The translations under genes and the position numbers were made by a program. DNA of 62,608 nt, the filler included, from Folioceros fuciformis (Eukaryota), in assembly GCA_049999805.1 (NCBI GenBank). It is 11 parts of 11 records of this genome, joined end to end, with 100 filler letters (N's around TTAATTAATTAA, not from the genome) between each part and the next. Parts side by side here need not be neighbours in the genome. Positions count along the whole stretch, not along the records: positions 12,814 to 20,832 come from JBNGIO010001520.1; positions 20,933 to 24,762 come from JBNGIO010001522.1; positions 24,863 to 37,924 come from JBNGIO010001523.1; 8 more parts are not named here. One strand, written 5' to 3'. Positions 13,968 through 25,524 of the stretch are shown one piece after another. Within the stretch, counting starts at the first letter, position 1; the number at the start of each line of letters is the position of its first letter. The notes below the pieces were generated by a model. The model was not told the DNA's origin. It worked only from the letters and a program-made list of their open reading frames with translations, and did no database searches.

Positions 13968-15003
13968 CTGTAATTTTGAGAGTTTCTGCTTCCTTACAGT
14001 GCGGCTTTGGCCCGCGCCATCCACAATGGACGTAATGCCAGTCAAGTGTTCGTTGATGTCCCCTGCATAAAGGAACTCAAGAGCAGACACATCCTAGCTG
14101 AAGTCTTGCCACCCTTTCAATGGGACGATGCCCTCAGCTAGTGTTTCCAATGGATTTATGCCACGGTCCGATTCCAGGAGCGCTCTGCCGATAGCGTTCA
14201 CTCGAATTCGATAATTCCCTAACTCCAAACCCAAAGCCTGTTCAAACCTTTCCAGCAAACGAACACATCACAGGATCCGGCACCTATCCTTCGGCTCCGA
14301 AATTCGTTGACGAGGACGAGAAAAAAGGATTCAACAGCACCTGACTGAACTCATGTGTAGCAGCAAGAAATGTCCCGAAGGCAACATAACCAGAGAAGAA
14401 TGATCGAGGAATGCCGGCAATGGAGGGGACGAAAGTAATCAGTGCCCCCTCCCCTGCTGCTGCATCCGCTTGCTAACAGCCTTACTGAGAAGCCACGCTC
14501 CTTCACATTCTGACTCATCGTTTCATCCCACTGTTCCTCTGCCAGCTCGAGCGGTGGTGTCGGTCTTGATGTCAATCCCAGGTCCAAGCGGCTAACGGTG
14601 CGAACTATAAAACCTGCACTCAAATCACGTCTATGGTAGCATTTCCCCGTCGACAATCACCTTGTTACAAGCCAGAGTGCAGTGGAATATCAACAGAGTC
14701 ACAAGCCCGAATTCCCTCCTCCACCGCTGCCTCAGCTTTCGCCTCTCCGGCGGATGCGTTGGATTCCACAAGCTTAATGTCACTACACTGATCTCGGCTG
14801 CGACCACCATTGATCTCAAGACCTTCATCTAAATCCTCCACAATTCTTCTCGGGACCGGTTCGAGGTCCGCTGTTCTCCCGACAGACACAAGCTTGCAGC
14901 CGTGCTTGGTCAGGCTTGGCGCCAAATGAATGCTGACGTCTTGCTCAACTCCAGACACAACGGCGACCTTGCCATACAATTCGACCGAATAGCGGACGGC
15001 CAT
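13968..15003 (-). pseudogene. Short-chain dehydrogenase/reductase pseudogene (At3g01980-like peroxisomal SDR)
   Basis: GKVAVVSG..LTKHGCKLVSVG; HSGL*QG (in-frame TAA 14665-14667); EEQWDETMSQNVK/GAWLLSKAVSKRM and ALITFVPSIAG need two frameshifts; last exon ALGLELGNYRIRVNAIGR..VPLKGWQDFS*DV..LTGITSIVDGAGQS with TAG 14094-14096. Confidence 0.8.
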
Positions 15004-15298
15004 GTGTGGTGAAGCGGAAAGACGTCCCGACGATAATGAAGTCGGACGTATCCGAGGACGAGCACTCTAAACGTGAAACTATTTTAATAGAGTGCCTTCC
15101 AAAGTACCATTGTATGTATACGTGAAACACACAGTGTATCGCCCTGAACAGCTCTGAGCTCGAGGCGGTGCTGATACAGGATTTGACAGACGGTGGAGTC
15201 TCAGACGATTGCATTAGCGAGAAGCTGAGGATCGGGGTTGTCGTGAGGGCTTGGAATTGGGATGTATGGAGCCTGGAATTTCCGTTGATTGAGGTGCT

Positions 15299-18200
15299 AT
15301 GGCCGAGCGGAGGCGCGAGGATAGCCGGAGCGCAGCAGGAGGAGGGATGGCTCGGAGCGTAGGGAAGGACAAGGACCGGGATAGGGAGAAGGAGCGGGAT
15401 AGACTGAAGGAGCGGGACAGGGATAGGGAGAAGGGTAGGGAGAAGGAGGAAAGGGAGAAAGGGAGGGACAAGGAGGAGGAGAAAGGGAAGGAGCGGGATA
15501 GGGAGAAGGAGGAGAAGGAGAAGGGGAGCAAGGACAAAGAACGGGAGCGGGACAAGGACAAGGAGCACAGGGCGAAGGAGAAGGACAGAGATAGGGCAAA
15601 GGAGAAGGAGAGGGAACTGGAGAAGGAGAGACAGCGAGAGAAGGACAAAGAAAGGCAGCGGGAGAAGGATAGGGAAAGAGAGCTCGAGAGGGATCGGCAG
15701 AAGCAGAAACAGAAGGAACGCGACAGGGACAGGGAACGTGAACGGGAGCGGGAAATCGAGAGGGATAGGGATACGGATCGCGAGAGAGATAGGGACCGGG
15801 ACAGGGATAATGAGAGAGATCGGCCGAAGTCCAAACTGAGGGACAAGGATAGGGAGCAAGACGCAGAGAAGAAAAATGAGAGGGAGAAGCCGAGGGACGA
15901 GCGTGACAAGTGTCACAAAGGGCCGCCGAGTGCGGGTATTGATGGGGAATCGAGAACTATTGTGGAGAAGGAGCGTCAGAAGCCTAAGCAGAAAGAAAGT
16001 GATGCGGAGAAGCGGGAAGAAAGAGAGAGGCATCGTGACGAGCAGGATAGGTCTCACAAGGAGTCTCAGCATGCATCCGCCGAACTGGAAGCACGAGTAT
16101 TAAGGTACATCTTCGACCTTTGAGACTTTGTCCTTTCTGTGACAGTTATTTGCAGTGGGAGGTCCGGTGGAGTCTCCTGTGATAAGCATCACTCTTGCGG
16201 GTAGCTCTCATGGGTTGTCTTGACGAGTGGGATATGTATTGTGTGTAGCTTTGTAGCACTCCATCAAGCATATGTGTTCCTTTTCCTGAATGTTGGGAAG
16301 CAGATGTCTTTGAAGTTCTACCACGTTGTTTTGCGTGTTAGAAATAGGAGAACTCCATGTTTGTGACTTGCCAGAACCTTTTCTTTCAAGATCCACGGGT
16401 GTATGGTTTTGCAGGGTTACCTTGCACCCCAGTGTCCAGTTTATCTGCGCCTGGTCTGAGATGAGCGTACATTGCACTACACTGCAGGATGCGGGAGGAG
16501 AGGTTGAAGTCAAATGCGGATAGAAGATCTGCCAGGAAGACCGAACCTGAAAACCTGGCTGCCGAGGATGATATCTCAGCTTGGGTCAATAAGAGCAGGA
16601 AATTGGAAATGGAAAAGGCTGCTCAAAGGGCCAAGATGTTGTCTGAACAGGTGGGATGCTATCAGAGATTGCACTATTGCCCTCCTGTTTATGTGGCCAC
16701 TTTCTTGTTCACTGAAGAAAATAAGTTGTCTCCTTGCCTCCTCCAGGACGACAATGAAGAGGAGGAGGATTCCATGGATGAAGGCCCAGCTGACAAGATT
16801 GACAGAAGTAATGTCTTTTTGGGTGTGCTTGTCACCATGATTATGCAGGATCTCAGATGTTGTGCATGCATCAACCGATTCTTTGCATTTCTGGATGTTC
16901 TGCAGAGAATCTGGCAGGAGTGAAAGTCCGTCATGGTTTGGATCAGGTGATGGAAGGTGGTTCTGTGGTGCTTACTCTGAAGGACAGTAACATTCTGGCA
17001 GGAGATGATGTGAACGAAGGTAAAGTTTCCCCGTGTATTGAATGCCAGCGACGTTTGGACTTTCCTGGGTTCTGATGGGTGCAATCTTTCTGGAGCATGG
17101 AGGCTGGTCGTTCTCATGAATGTGTGTTTGATGCAGAGGTTGACGAATTGGAGAATATTGAAATCGCCCAGCAGCAACAACGAGAAGAAGCTTATAGGGC
17201 AGCCAAGAAAAAACCGGGAATCTATGAAGACAAGTATGTTGGGATACTGCTCAATATTTTGTCGTCCCTCAGTTTCATTTGTTTTCACTGTCAGAAGGCT
17301 TGTGTTATGCCTTCATGGCCATGTGCTGAAGATGTCGCATTTTGGTTACGTCACACGTCGCATCCTCGTACAGGTTTGATAATGATATTACTGGCCTTGC
17401 TTCGCGGAGTATTTTACCACAGTATGATGATACAGTTAAAGATGAGGTAAAATTTTGGTCACTGTAGTTTTGCACTACCATCTTCGGGAGGTAAACCACT
17501 GTGAAGCTGCCATTGTTGCTGAGGAACTAACTTAGTTTGCAACAATCTCACATCTCCTTTTGTTATCTACAGGCTGTTGTCCTTGACGAGACTGGAGGTA
17601 TTGCAGACGAGAGCAAACAAAGGCTCGAAGAGGTACATTTTTCTGGCAGCTGCTGTATTCAGGGTTAGTGGAGCCCGTAGTTTGCTTACCTCTATAGAGC
17701 AAACGTGTGCCTATTGCATCATGGTTTCAGTGAAGAATAAAGTTATGCCAGTTATATCCATAGCTTCTTATTTAGGATACTGAGCTAATGCGTCTCGTAC
17801 TTCTCAGATTCGACAAAAGCTGCAAAGAATTGGCAGCCGTATGGAACAGTCACTCAATAGTAAGGCTGTTGCTGCAGACTTTTTTACAGAGGAAGAAATG
17901 GTGCAATTCAAGAAACCCAAGAAGCAGAAGAAATTGCGCAAAAAAAACGAGCTTGAGCTGTATGCTCTTGAAGCAGAAGCAGCTCCAGCTGGTCTTGGTT
18001 CTTCTGATCATGGAGCCCGGGGCTCTGGTAGTGTCTCGGCTGCAAAGAAAGCAGAGGAGGAAGGTCTGGCAGATGCACGAAAAAGTGCTTACCAGAGTGC
18101 TCTTCACAAAGCTATGGATGCCTCCAAATCTCTCCAGCAAAAGGGGTTTACTCCGATGGACACGGATGAGGACACTCCAGTGTTTGGAGCAGAGGAAGAT

Positions 18201-19678
18201 CAGGATTTATTCAGGTCACTGGCGAGGGCCCGACAAGCAGCACTTAAGAAGCAAGCTGAAAGCTCAGGAGCTGGCACCAAAAGTCTTGCTGTGCGCTTTG
18301 CTGGAATTCAGACGTCAGAAGAAACTTCTCAGGCAGCAGGGGCAGAGGATAAGAAGGAAGGAGAAGCGAAGGTCGTATTTACTGACACGGGGGAGTTTTG
18401 CCGTAGCCTCCAACTTGATGAAGGTACAAGCTTCGTGAGTGGTGTGGTTATTTGCTCAAAGCTTCCGCATACGGTAAAGTTCTATGCAATTGTCTGTCAT
18501 GCAGCCATAACCCGAAGAGCTGGGCCAAAGGATGCATTTGGAGAAGAGGAAGAAGAACCTCCAGCTGTTCCAATGGAGTTAGAAGTCCCGACTGCTGATG
18601 GAGGGTGGACAGAAGTTAATGAAGCTGCAAATGGGCAGGGTGCTGGAGACGAATCAAGGGACTATAAAGATGAGCCGGAGACTCCTATTAAGGAGGTTGC
18701 AGTCGGGAAAGGTTTGGCTGGTGTCTTAACTCTCCTTAAGGAGAGAGGCACTTTGAAGGAAACTGTGGATTGGGGAGGGAGGAATATGGATAAGAAGAGG
18801 AGCAAGCTTGTTGGGATAGTGGATGATTCAAGTGTGCAATTCAAGAGGGATCACAGAGAGATCATCCTGGATCGGGTTGATGAGTTTGGCCGAACGGTAA
18901 CTATGGACTTCCTAATGTCATTTTGACTCCGCTCAGTCGTTCTGTGGATTCTGTTGAGCAAGTTTGGTCTCTTCCTTGGAGCTAATGTAGTCTGTATTTC
19001 GGGGGCTTTGGTCTTTCTGGTTTCTTGCAGATGACACCGAAGGAAGCTTTTCGGAAGCTGTCACATAAATTTCATGGAAAGGGTCCCGGTAAGATGAAGC
19101 AAGAAAAAAGGATGAAGCAGCATCAGGAGGAGTTGAAGCTGAAGCAAATGAATTCAGGGGATACACCTCTTATGTCTATGGAAAAAATCCGAGAGGCACA
19201 GGCAAATCTCCACTCCCCTTACATCGTTATCAGTGGACACATCAAGCCTGGGTAAGTACTCCCCAGCACCTTAGCCTTCCTGTTCAACTCTATGCCAATC
19301 CATTCTCTTTTTGGAGATCAAAACCTTTAAGTGCAATCCGTTAATGCAGACAAACAAGTGATCCTCGAAGTGGCTTTGCAACCGTGGAAAAGGAGCCCAT
19401 TGGCAGCCTGACCCCCATGTTGGGTGATAAGCACAAGGTCGGGAGTCTGACTCCGATGCTTGGGGACAAGAAGGTACGGTCTTGGTCTAGTCGCTGGGTT
19501 AGTTGCACATTTTATTAAAGCTTCTGTTTCTGCGATTCCCCGGTGCTCGTGTGACCCAGAGTTTTCTTGACAGGTGGAGCATTTTCTTGGAATTAAGCGG
19601 AAGCAGGGCGGAAGCGGAATTAATCACAATGGCAGTATGGGACCACCTCCGCCGAAGAAGCCAAAGGCGGATCATTGA
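15299..19678 (+). CDS. DOT2: SART-1/Snu66 family U4/U6.U5 tri-snRNP protein
   Basis: Long K/E/R/D N-terminus; [112 protein letters not shown]; TGA 19676-19678. Confidence 0.93.
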
Positions 19679-20346
19679 TTTTGCTAACTGTAGAAAACAG
19701 TCTCCGGGAAGTTGGACACGAGCTCAATTATCCGTCAATTTCTTCAAGGCAAGCAAGTGGTCGCATGTGACCTTGCATACACCACAGTTCCGTTCAAGTT
19801 ATTGCGTTTTAACAACCTCGTGATTTGCTGCATGAATCAGGTTGTATCGGTATCCTGTACCTGCCAGAAGCTGGATGCTTGATTTTGGCCTGGCATTGTC
19901 CAGTAGGGTAGTCTACGAGCTTCGAGTGTACGAGTCTCCGTGCTTCGAGCTCCTCGTAGTAGGGCCCATTGTTATAACCACCACGGCATGGGATGATTAT
20001 GGACGTGGAAGATTGAAGTCACATCTCCTGAGCAGACAGGAATCGATGCTCAACGTGCTATGGGCCACCCTGAACCATACTGGTCGGGGGTACCCTGTAC
20101 CAAGCCTTGAGTGTTTCTTGATCGCAGTTGTGCATGAAGAATATTAAACACCTGTCCCGCGAAACAATGCACTGCCAGCCGCCACCGACGTGTAAGGTAC
20201 GACCGGGACACCTGGTCAGCCGGCCCAGATGTGACCGGGACTTGGAAATTAGCACTCACACATGACATGCCACCTTGTGTCTTGGAGCACGCTTTGCTAC
20301 CCTTTGTGAGATCTTTGGTATCTATGTTCTACGCGGCTCGCGATTT

Positions 20347-20669
20347 GCCAAATCGTCATAATATCTAGGCTTTGCGAATAATATTATGCACGTGTAAGGG
20401 CGTAAGTGGTGAACACGTTGCGAGAAATCATATCGCGCCGTAAATGCCCTGGACGGTGGGACGGAAAGAGGGCTAAGAAATGCAGAACGCTTGACGAGAT
20501 GGACCAATCTGCCAAAACGTTATCATATCTAAGATTGCGAATAGTATTATGTATGTGTGTGGCTGTGAGTGTTGTACACGTTCCGAGTTGACATATGACG
20601 TAGGAAACCCCTTCGGTGGAACGTAACGAGCGTTAAGAAACTCAGTGCGCCTGACGAGACAAACCAACT
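20347..20669. repeat. Diverged two-copy tandem duplication, unit about 160-165 bp
   Basis: gccaaatcgtcataatatctaggctttgcgaataatattatg..acacgttgcgag..gctaagaaatgcagaacgcttgacgaga (20347-20510) is colinear with gccaaaacgttatcatatctaagattgcgaatagtattatg..acacgttccgag..gttaagaaactcagtgcgcctgacgaga (20511-20669). Confidence 0.7.
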
Positions 20670-20932
20670 GGCCAGGCCAGTTGCGTGGCTCTCCCTTGAG
20701 GTGGGCCGAGACAGCGAGAAAGCTGACGTCGAGGTTGCTTTCCGGCTGAGCTGCTTTTTCCTGACAGGCCCAAGTTGTCTCATCGATCCGATTTCCCCAC
20801 TTGCTCTAATTCCTTGTCCGTCCCCTGCAGCTNNNNNNNNNNNNNNNNNNNNNNNNNNNNNNNNNNNNNNNNNNNNTTAATTAATTAANNNNNNNNNNNN
20901 NNNNNNNNNNNNNNNNNNNNNNNNNNNNNNNN

Positions 20933-23900
20933 AGACTGGGGGTGTCCTTTGCATGTCTTATATCCAGACTGTCCTGCACCAGCCTTCTACACGACGGAGC
21001 TACGGCCTCAGCTCGTGAAAGACTGTAAGGGAACTTGTCTGACTTCTTTTCGATGCCACCCATTTTCCAACAGTAGCCGTTGTGGAAGTCCTCCTCTTTG
21101 ACGAGGGAGAAAACAATGTCCATAAAGCTTCGGGAATGATGTTGAGTGGACGGGTGCTTCTGAGGAGGTTCGAAGCCATGAGCGCGAGCAATGGGCAGCT
21201 GGTGGCGCATTCCTCCCCAAAGTAGCCTGGCTTGCCGCAGGCTCTTGCTAAACATCCTGGGGGATCTCCAAAGGTTGCAGCCAGTCTCGGGATCCATTCC
21301 CAGTTCCAGGGGGTTACGGTGGCTTGGACAAGGGCCAGAGGCGCAGGCTGCCAGAAGAATGCATGCGGACAAAGCCGAGGGACTGACCAATTGGCCCATG
21401 GTGGAATGGAGCCAAATGGTGGAATGTCACTTTTAGGTGCCAGGTTTACAAGGCTGCCCCTTGAGGGCACCAGATCAGCAGCATGGAGGCTGAACGAACG
21501 TGAAGAGGTGGAGGCTCTGAAGGGTGTAGGATGCTCTGGTCAGAGTGAGGTTAGGGTTAGGGTTAGGAATAGGTCAGAGTTAGGTTTAGGGTTTGACGAG
21601 TGGAGGGTTTTGTTGGAGGCGTGCTGACCTAGTTGGGAGTGACAAGGGTTCTTGGCCAAGGAGGTATAAGGGGCCAGGCCTGTCATTGAGGGGGGGCTTT
21701 TTTTGGTGAAGAGCGCCCTTGACCTTGTGTGCAGGCTGCCGGGTTAGAGGTTTAACCCAGTGTGCAGATGTGCCTTGGCCTTGATTCCCCATGCCACTAG
21801 GGGAACGTGGCGGCTCCCAAAATCGCCGAGATCTGGGTGGCCAGATCCGCAGGGGCTGGCCTATCTTGCATGCTGGTTGGGTGGTTGGGGTACCTTGACG
21901 TCCCTAAGGGGTTTCCAACGTGACGGATTGCAGGGCTATGAGCCGAGGAGGCTATCCAGCCTGGGCCTGCACATCCCTGCCTCAAGGACTGCAAGTGAGG
22001 AGCTACTGTGTTCCAAAATCCAAGAGTGAGACGTGATGGTGAAGGGTTGAAGAGTTGAAGTGCTGGAGCAGAGATTTGAAGTGTTGGGGAAGTGCCGGAG
22101 TAGAGACTGGAGGTGCTGGAGTAGAGACTTGAAGGGCTGGAGTTTGGAGTTGTTTGTGCTGGGGTGAAGAGCTTAGGTGCTGAAGTTCTCAATCAATTGC
22201 TGGGGTGGCTGGCATTTAGGGCTGAGAGTGGAGGTCGAGGCCAGGGCTAGGGCCTCCTCTCAGCTGCTGAGGCGGCTGATACCTGTAGCTGGAAGTGGGA
22301 GCTGAAGATGATGCTGAGTCCTCATTCAACTGGGGCTGTGGTTGGTGTTGAAGACAGGGTTCTGATCTTTTTGCTATAGTGTGGTTAGGTCTAGGAGCCG
22401 GCTGATAGATAGGGTTAGATTTGGGCAGTGAGGGGGAGATTGTGGGGAACCTTGACACTAGTTCACTCCCTTGGGAGCGAATCCTAGTACTACGACGATG
22501 ATAAGGGGAAAGTGTGGCCCTTGGAGGTTCTTGGGTGCAAGTTCCATTCCACAACAGGCAGGGCATAAAAACCCTAGAGAAAGGGGAGCTTGTCCAGCAT
22601 CCTAAAGCGCGGGGAGCGGGAGTAACTTGAAGCGTGAAGCGGCTGAAGGAGGAGAAAGCGCCAGGACGACGGGGCAAACGACGCAAGGCGTAAGGGTTGA
22701 GCAGGCACAGGGGAGTGGGAGACCTCCAAGGCGCGAGCGGTGGAGAGAGCTGGGCGAACAGGGGAGGAGCTAGAGCGTGACCAAGACAGAAGAGTTCCGA
22801 GCCCGAGCGTGAGGGGAGGAGGACAGCCAGGATGAGGTCACGGCCTAAACTGATCCCTGGAGCAGCAGCCTCTAGACAGGAGGGGGGGCCTCCTGTCCCC
22901 CGAAACGACCTACTCCTGTGGCCAAATATGGAGCACTGGAGGGTCAGGGCAGGAAAGTTGGTGGCAGAGCTGGGTCTGACTTTTATGACCAGGAAGTGGA
23001 ACCATGCAGCACCCCAGCTGGTCAGGGAGTGCGCCCTGAGACTGATAGAGCCTGTACGTGAGGAGAGGATCAGAGGCAGACCCCAGGAATGGAACCTGGA
23101 GTTGATCATGAGGGTCTACGGGCGCGACCAACAGGAGGAAGGGGACTAGTGCTGGAATCCCTGAAGAGGCGTAGCGGAATGGGAGCCGCGAAAACGCTGC
23201 TCAAGGCAGGCACGAGAAAGGAAGCGAACGGGTGGCTGGTGCGCGACATGGCAAGTCCCTAGTTGTTGGGATTGGCCAGGTGGTTCCTGAGCTTCTTCCA
23301 GATACGCAAACAGGATTATCTGTCCGATCAGATGCTCCTGTTTGTGCATGAAGTAGTGAAGGGCACCAGGATCGACTGGGGGAGGATTTTATACGCTCGG
23401 ATGGATGAGGAGAGGCAGAACCTGATCCAACCCACCCCTGAACCTTCTATGATTTCCCCGTTTCTAATCCATGTGTACAGTTACGCTAACCTGGTCACTG
23501 AGCTATAAATGTTGGCCTCGCTGCACCTGTGGAAGCCAGTTCGCGATGTGAAGTGGAAGCCCGCTGAGCCAGCAAGGGCTGCCTCTAGCAGTTGGGAAGC
23601 TGACAATGGGAATAGCTCGCAGGAGGAAACCCCAGTCAAGCCCAAGAGGATGGTGCCACAAAAGAAGACTCCTGCCAAGAGAAAAAGGACCAGAGGACAA
23701 AGTGTGAGCATGGGGGCTGATCAGGAGGAAGGGAGGACAGCCCTGGAGCAAACGGGTCAGCAGGAGGCAGAACGAGAACCAGCTGTCCAGGGAATCAAGG
23801 ACCAAAGGTTGAAAGAGCAAGGTCAGGGTGAGACAAGACCCGAGGAGCCACCGGATCAGGTGATGGCAGCCGACACAGTTTCCTCCAGACAGGAGGATAA

Positions 23901-24762
23901 GTTAGGGCATGTTTCAACACAGGATGGTTCCTCAAGGTGGAAGGACATTTTCAGGTGCAGGCCTTAGAGAGACAGGTTGCAGGTGGGGAACCTGGACAAG
24001 TTGCGAGAATTCTTGGGCAGACAAATCACGGCGAGAGGAATGGGCACAGGAGGGGTGCAGGAGGTGGACCTACCCGGGCTGACTGCTGCGATGGTGCAGG
24101 CCCAAGCAGACCTCCTAGATCAGGCTGCTAGGGCCCTGATCTGGTTAAGTGTATAAGCGGAGCGAGAGGCCGAGGCTTGGGGAAAGGAGGAGAAGGCTCG
24201 TGAGCGAGAGGCTGAAGCAAGGAGGCAATTGGCGGAGTCGGAGACGGCGCGGCAACTGCTGGAGGAGAAGAAGCGGGTCCTAGACAGGGAGAAGGCTCAA
24301 GCCGAGGAAGAGGCGCGCGAGGCGAGGGCTGAAGTGCAGGTGCTGAAAGAGCAACAGGGAACCCTGCTAGCTCAGGTGAGGGAGGCTCACGAGACTAACC
24401 TGGAGATGCAATAGGAAATGGCCAGGGCACAGGAGATGGAGATAGCCGCTGTGGAGCAGGCTCAGAAGTTGGCTGATAGATACAAGCGGGAGCGGGATGA
24501 GGTCAGAGAGAGAGTGAAGGGGAAGAGCAAGGCTGGGCGTCTAAGTCAGTCGGCGACCGCGGTAGCAGAAGGGGCTACCGGTAGCCAAACCAGGGGAACG
24601 GTAGTCGAGGGGACTACCGGTGGTCGGGTAGTCCACGGGACTACCAATAGTCGGGTAGCCGACGGGGCTACCGATGGCCCAGCAAGGTCAGGATAGCTGA
24701 AGAACCAACCCTGGAAACGAAGGAGGAAGCAGTAGGGGCGCCTGCCCCTAGGCGCTCCAGGA
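20933..24762 (+). mobile_element. Retroelement-type repeat (copy A) with degenerate extra ORF and coiled-coil C-terminus
   Basis: 22555-23720 is highly similar to 44645-45298 and 45399-46570. ORF MRSRPKLIPG..KWNHAAPQLVREC..KEANGWLVRD..IDWGRILY..SPFLIHVY, then an E/A/R coiled-coil (24150-24530), broken by several stops and a frameshift. No RT is visible, so the class is inferred. Confidence 0.65.
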
Positions 24763-24960
24763 NNNNNNNNNNNNNNNNNNNNNNNNNNNNNNNNNNNNNN
24801 NNNNNNTTAATTAATTAANNNNNNNNNNNNNNNNNNNNNNNNNNNNNNNNNNNNNNNNNNNNGAATTAAATCTTGCTCCATGTTTGTTAATGGGCATCTT
24901 GGGGGATGTTAATGCAAGTACTAAATTATGAGCTTTGATTATCGGCATTCATTCTTCTAG

Positions 24961-25524
24961 ATAGCCACAAGGCTATTTGTTGCTGATGACTCAGTATTTT
25001 TGGAGCCTTTAGAACCTCCAACTGACTCCGCAATTCAACTCAACTATCTTACTATGCAAATTGCTGATCAAATAAGTTTCATGGTGGCAAAAATTGAAAG
25101 CATAAGAATGAGTTTGGATGCTATAGAAACTACTGCAAACTTCCTCCTACTTGATCAATGCAATACATCAAATGTTTGCTCAACTCAAGGGTCAGGCTTT
25201 CAAAGTAATTCAAGCTCAGGGCAACTAGCGATAACTTTGGAAAATGACGATTCCATTCAGTGCCCTGCCACTTTGCCTTATTGGGTTCTGGCTTTGGAAG
25301 GACTTCCTGGAAATGGTTATGATTCTGCCCTTGTTTACTCATGTGTTCAAGATAACAATGGAGATGTGAGTCAATCAATGTTTATTTTTTCAAGAAACCT
25401 TACAATATCTTCTAATACTTTAGAAAAGTATCTTAGCATTGCAGAAGATAATGATTTTGATTTGGAATGCAATAATCTGTTTGTTTTCCATCCTCATGAT
25501 ATTTCTTGTGCTGCTCTTGTTTGA
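24961..25524 (+). CDS. Terminal exon of an atypical lipocalin (ApoD/Blc-like); 5' part lost at the spacer
   Basis: Acceptor ttcttctag ends at 24960, open frame to TGA 25524; lipocalin motifs PYWVLAL, GYDSALVYSC, MFIFSRNLTI and helix LEKYLSIAEDNDFD. Confidence 0.6.
   Translation: MATRLFVADDSVFLEPLEPPTDSAIQLNYLTMQIADQISFMVAKIESIRMSLDAIETTANFLLLDQCNTSNVCSTQGSGFQSNSSSGQLAITLENDDSIQCPATLPYWVLALEGLPGNGYDSALVYSCVQDNNGDVSQSMFIFSRNLTISSNTLEKYLSIAEDNDFDLECNNLFVFHPHDISCAALV

Noticed and set aside
13968-14667. SDR stops and terminal CAG as possible U-to-C or C-to-U editing sites
   Set aside because: Nuclear gene with frameshifts; such editing is organellar, and ordinary decay explains the lesions.
14945-16072. 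375-aa Leu/Pro-rich and 231-aa Ser/Leu-rich minus-strand ORFs
   Set aside because: Antisense shadows of the purine-rich K/E/R/D repeat of DOT2.
15299-16700. No Hub1-binding HIND motif seen in SART-1
   Set aside because: Expected: in plants HIND is reported on Prp38 rather than on Snu66/SART-1.
13179-25524. TIL plus atypical lipocalin as a gene cluster
   Set aside because: Separated by two spacers and dissimilar in sequence.
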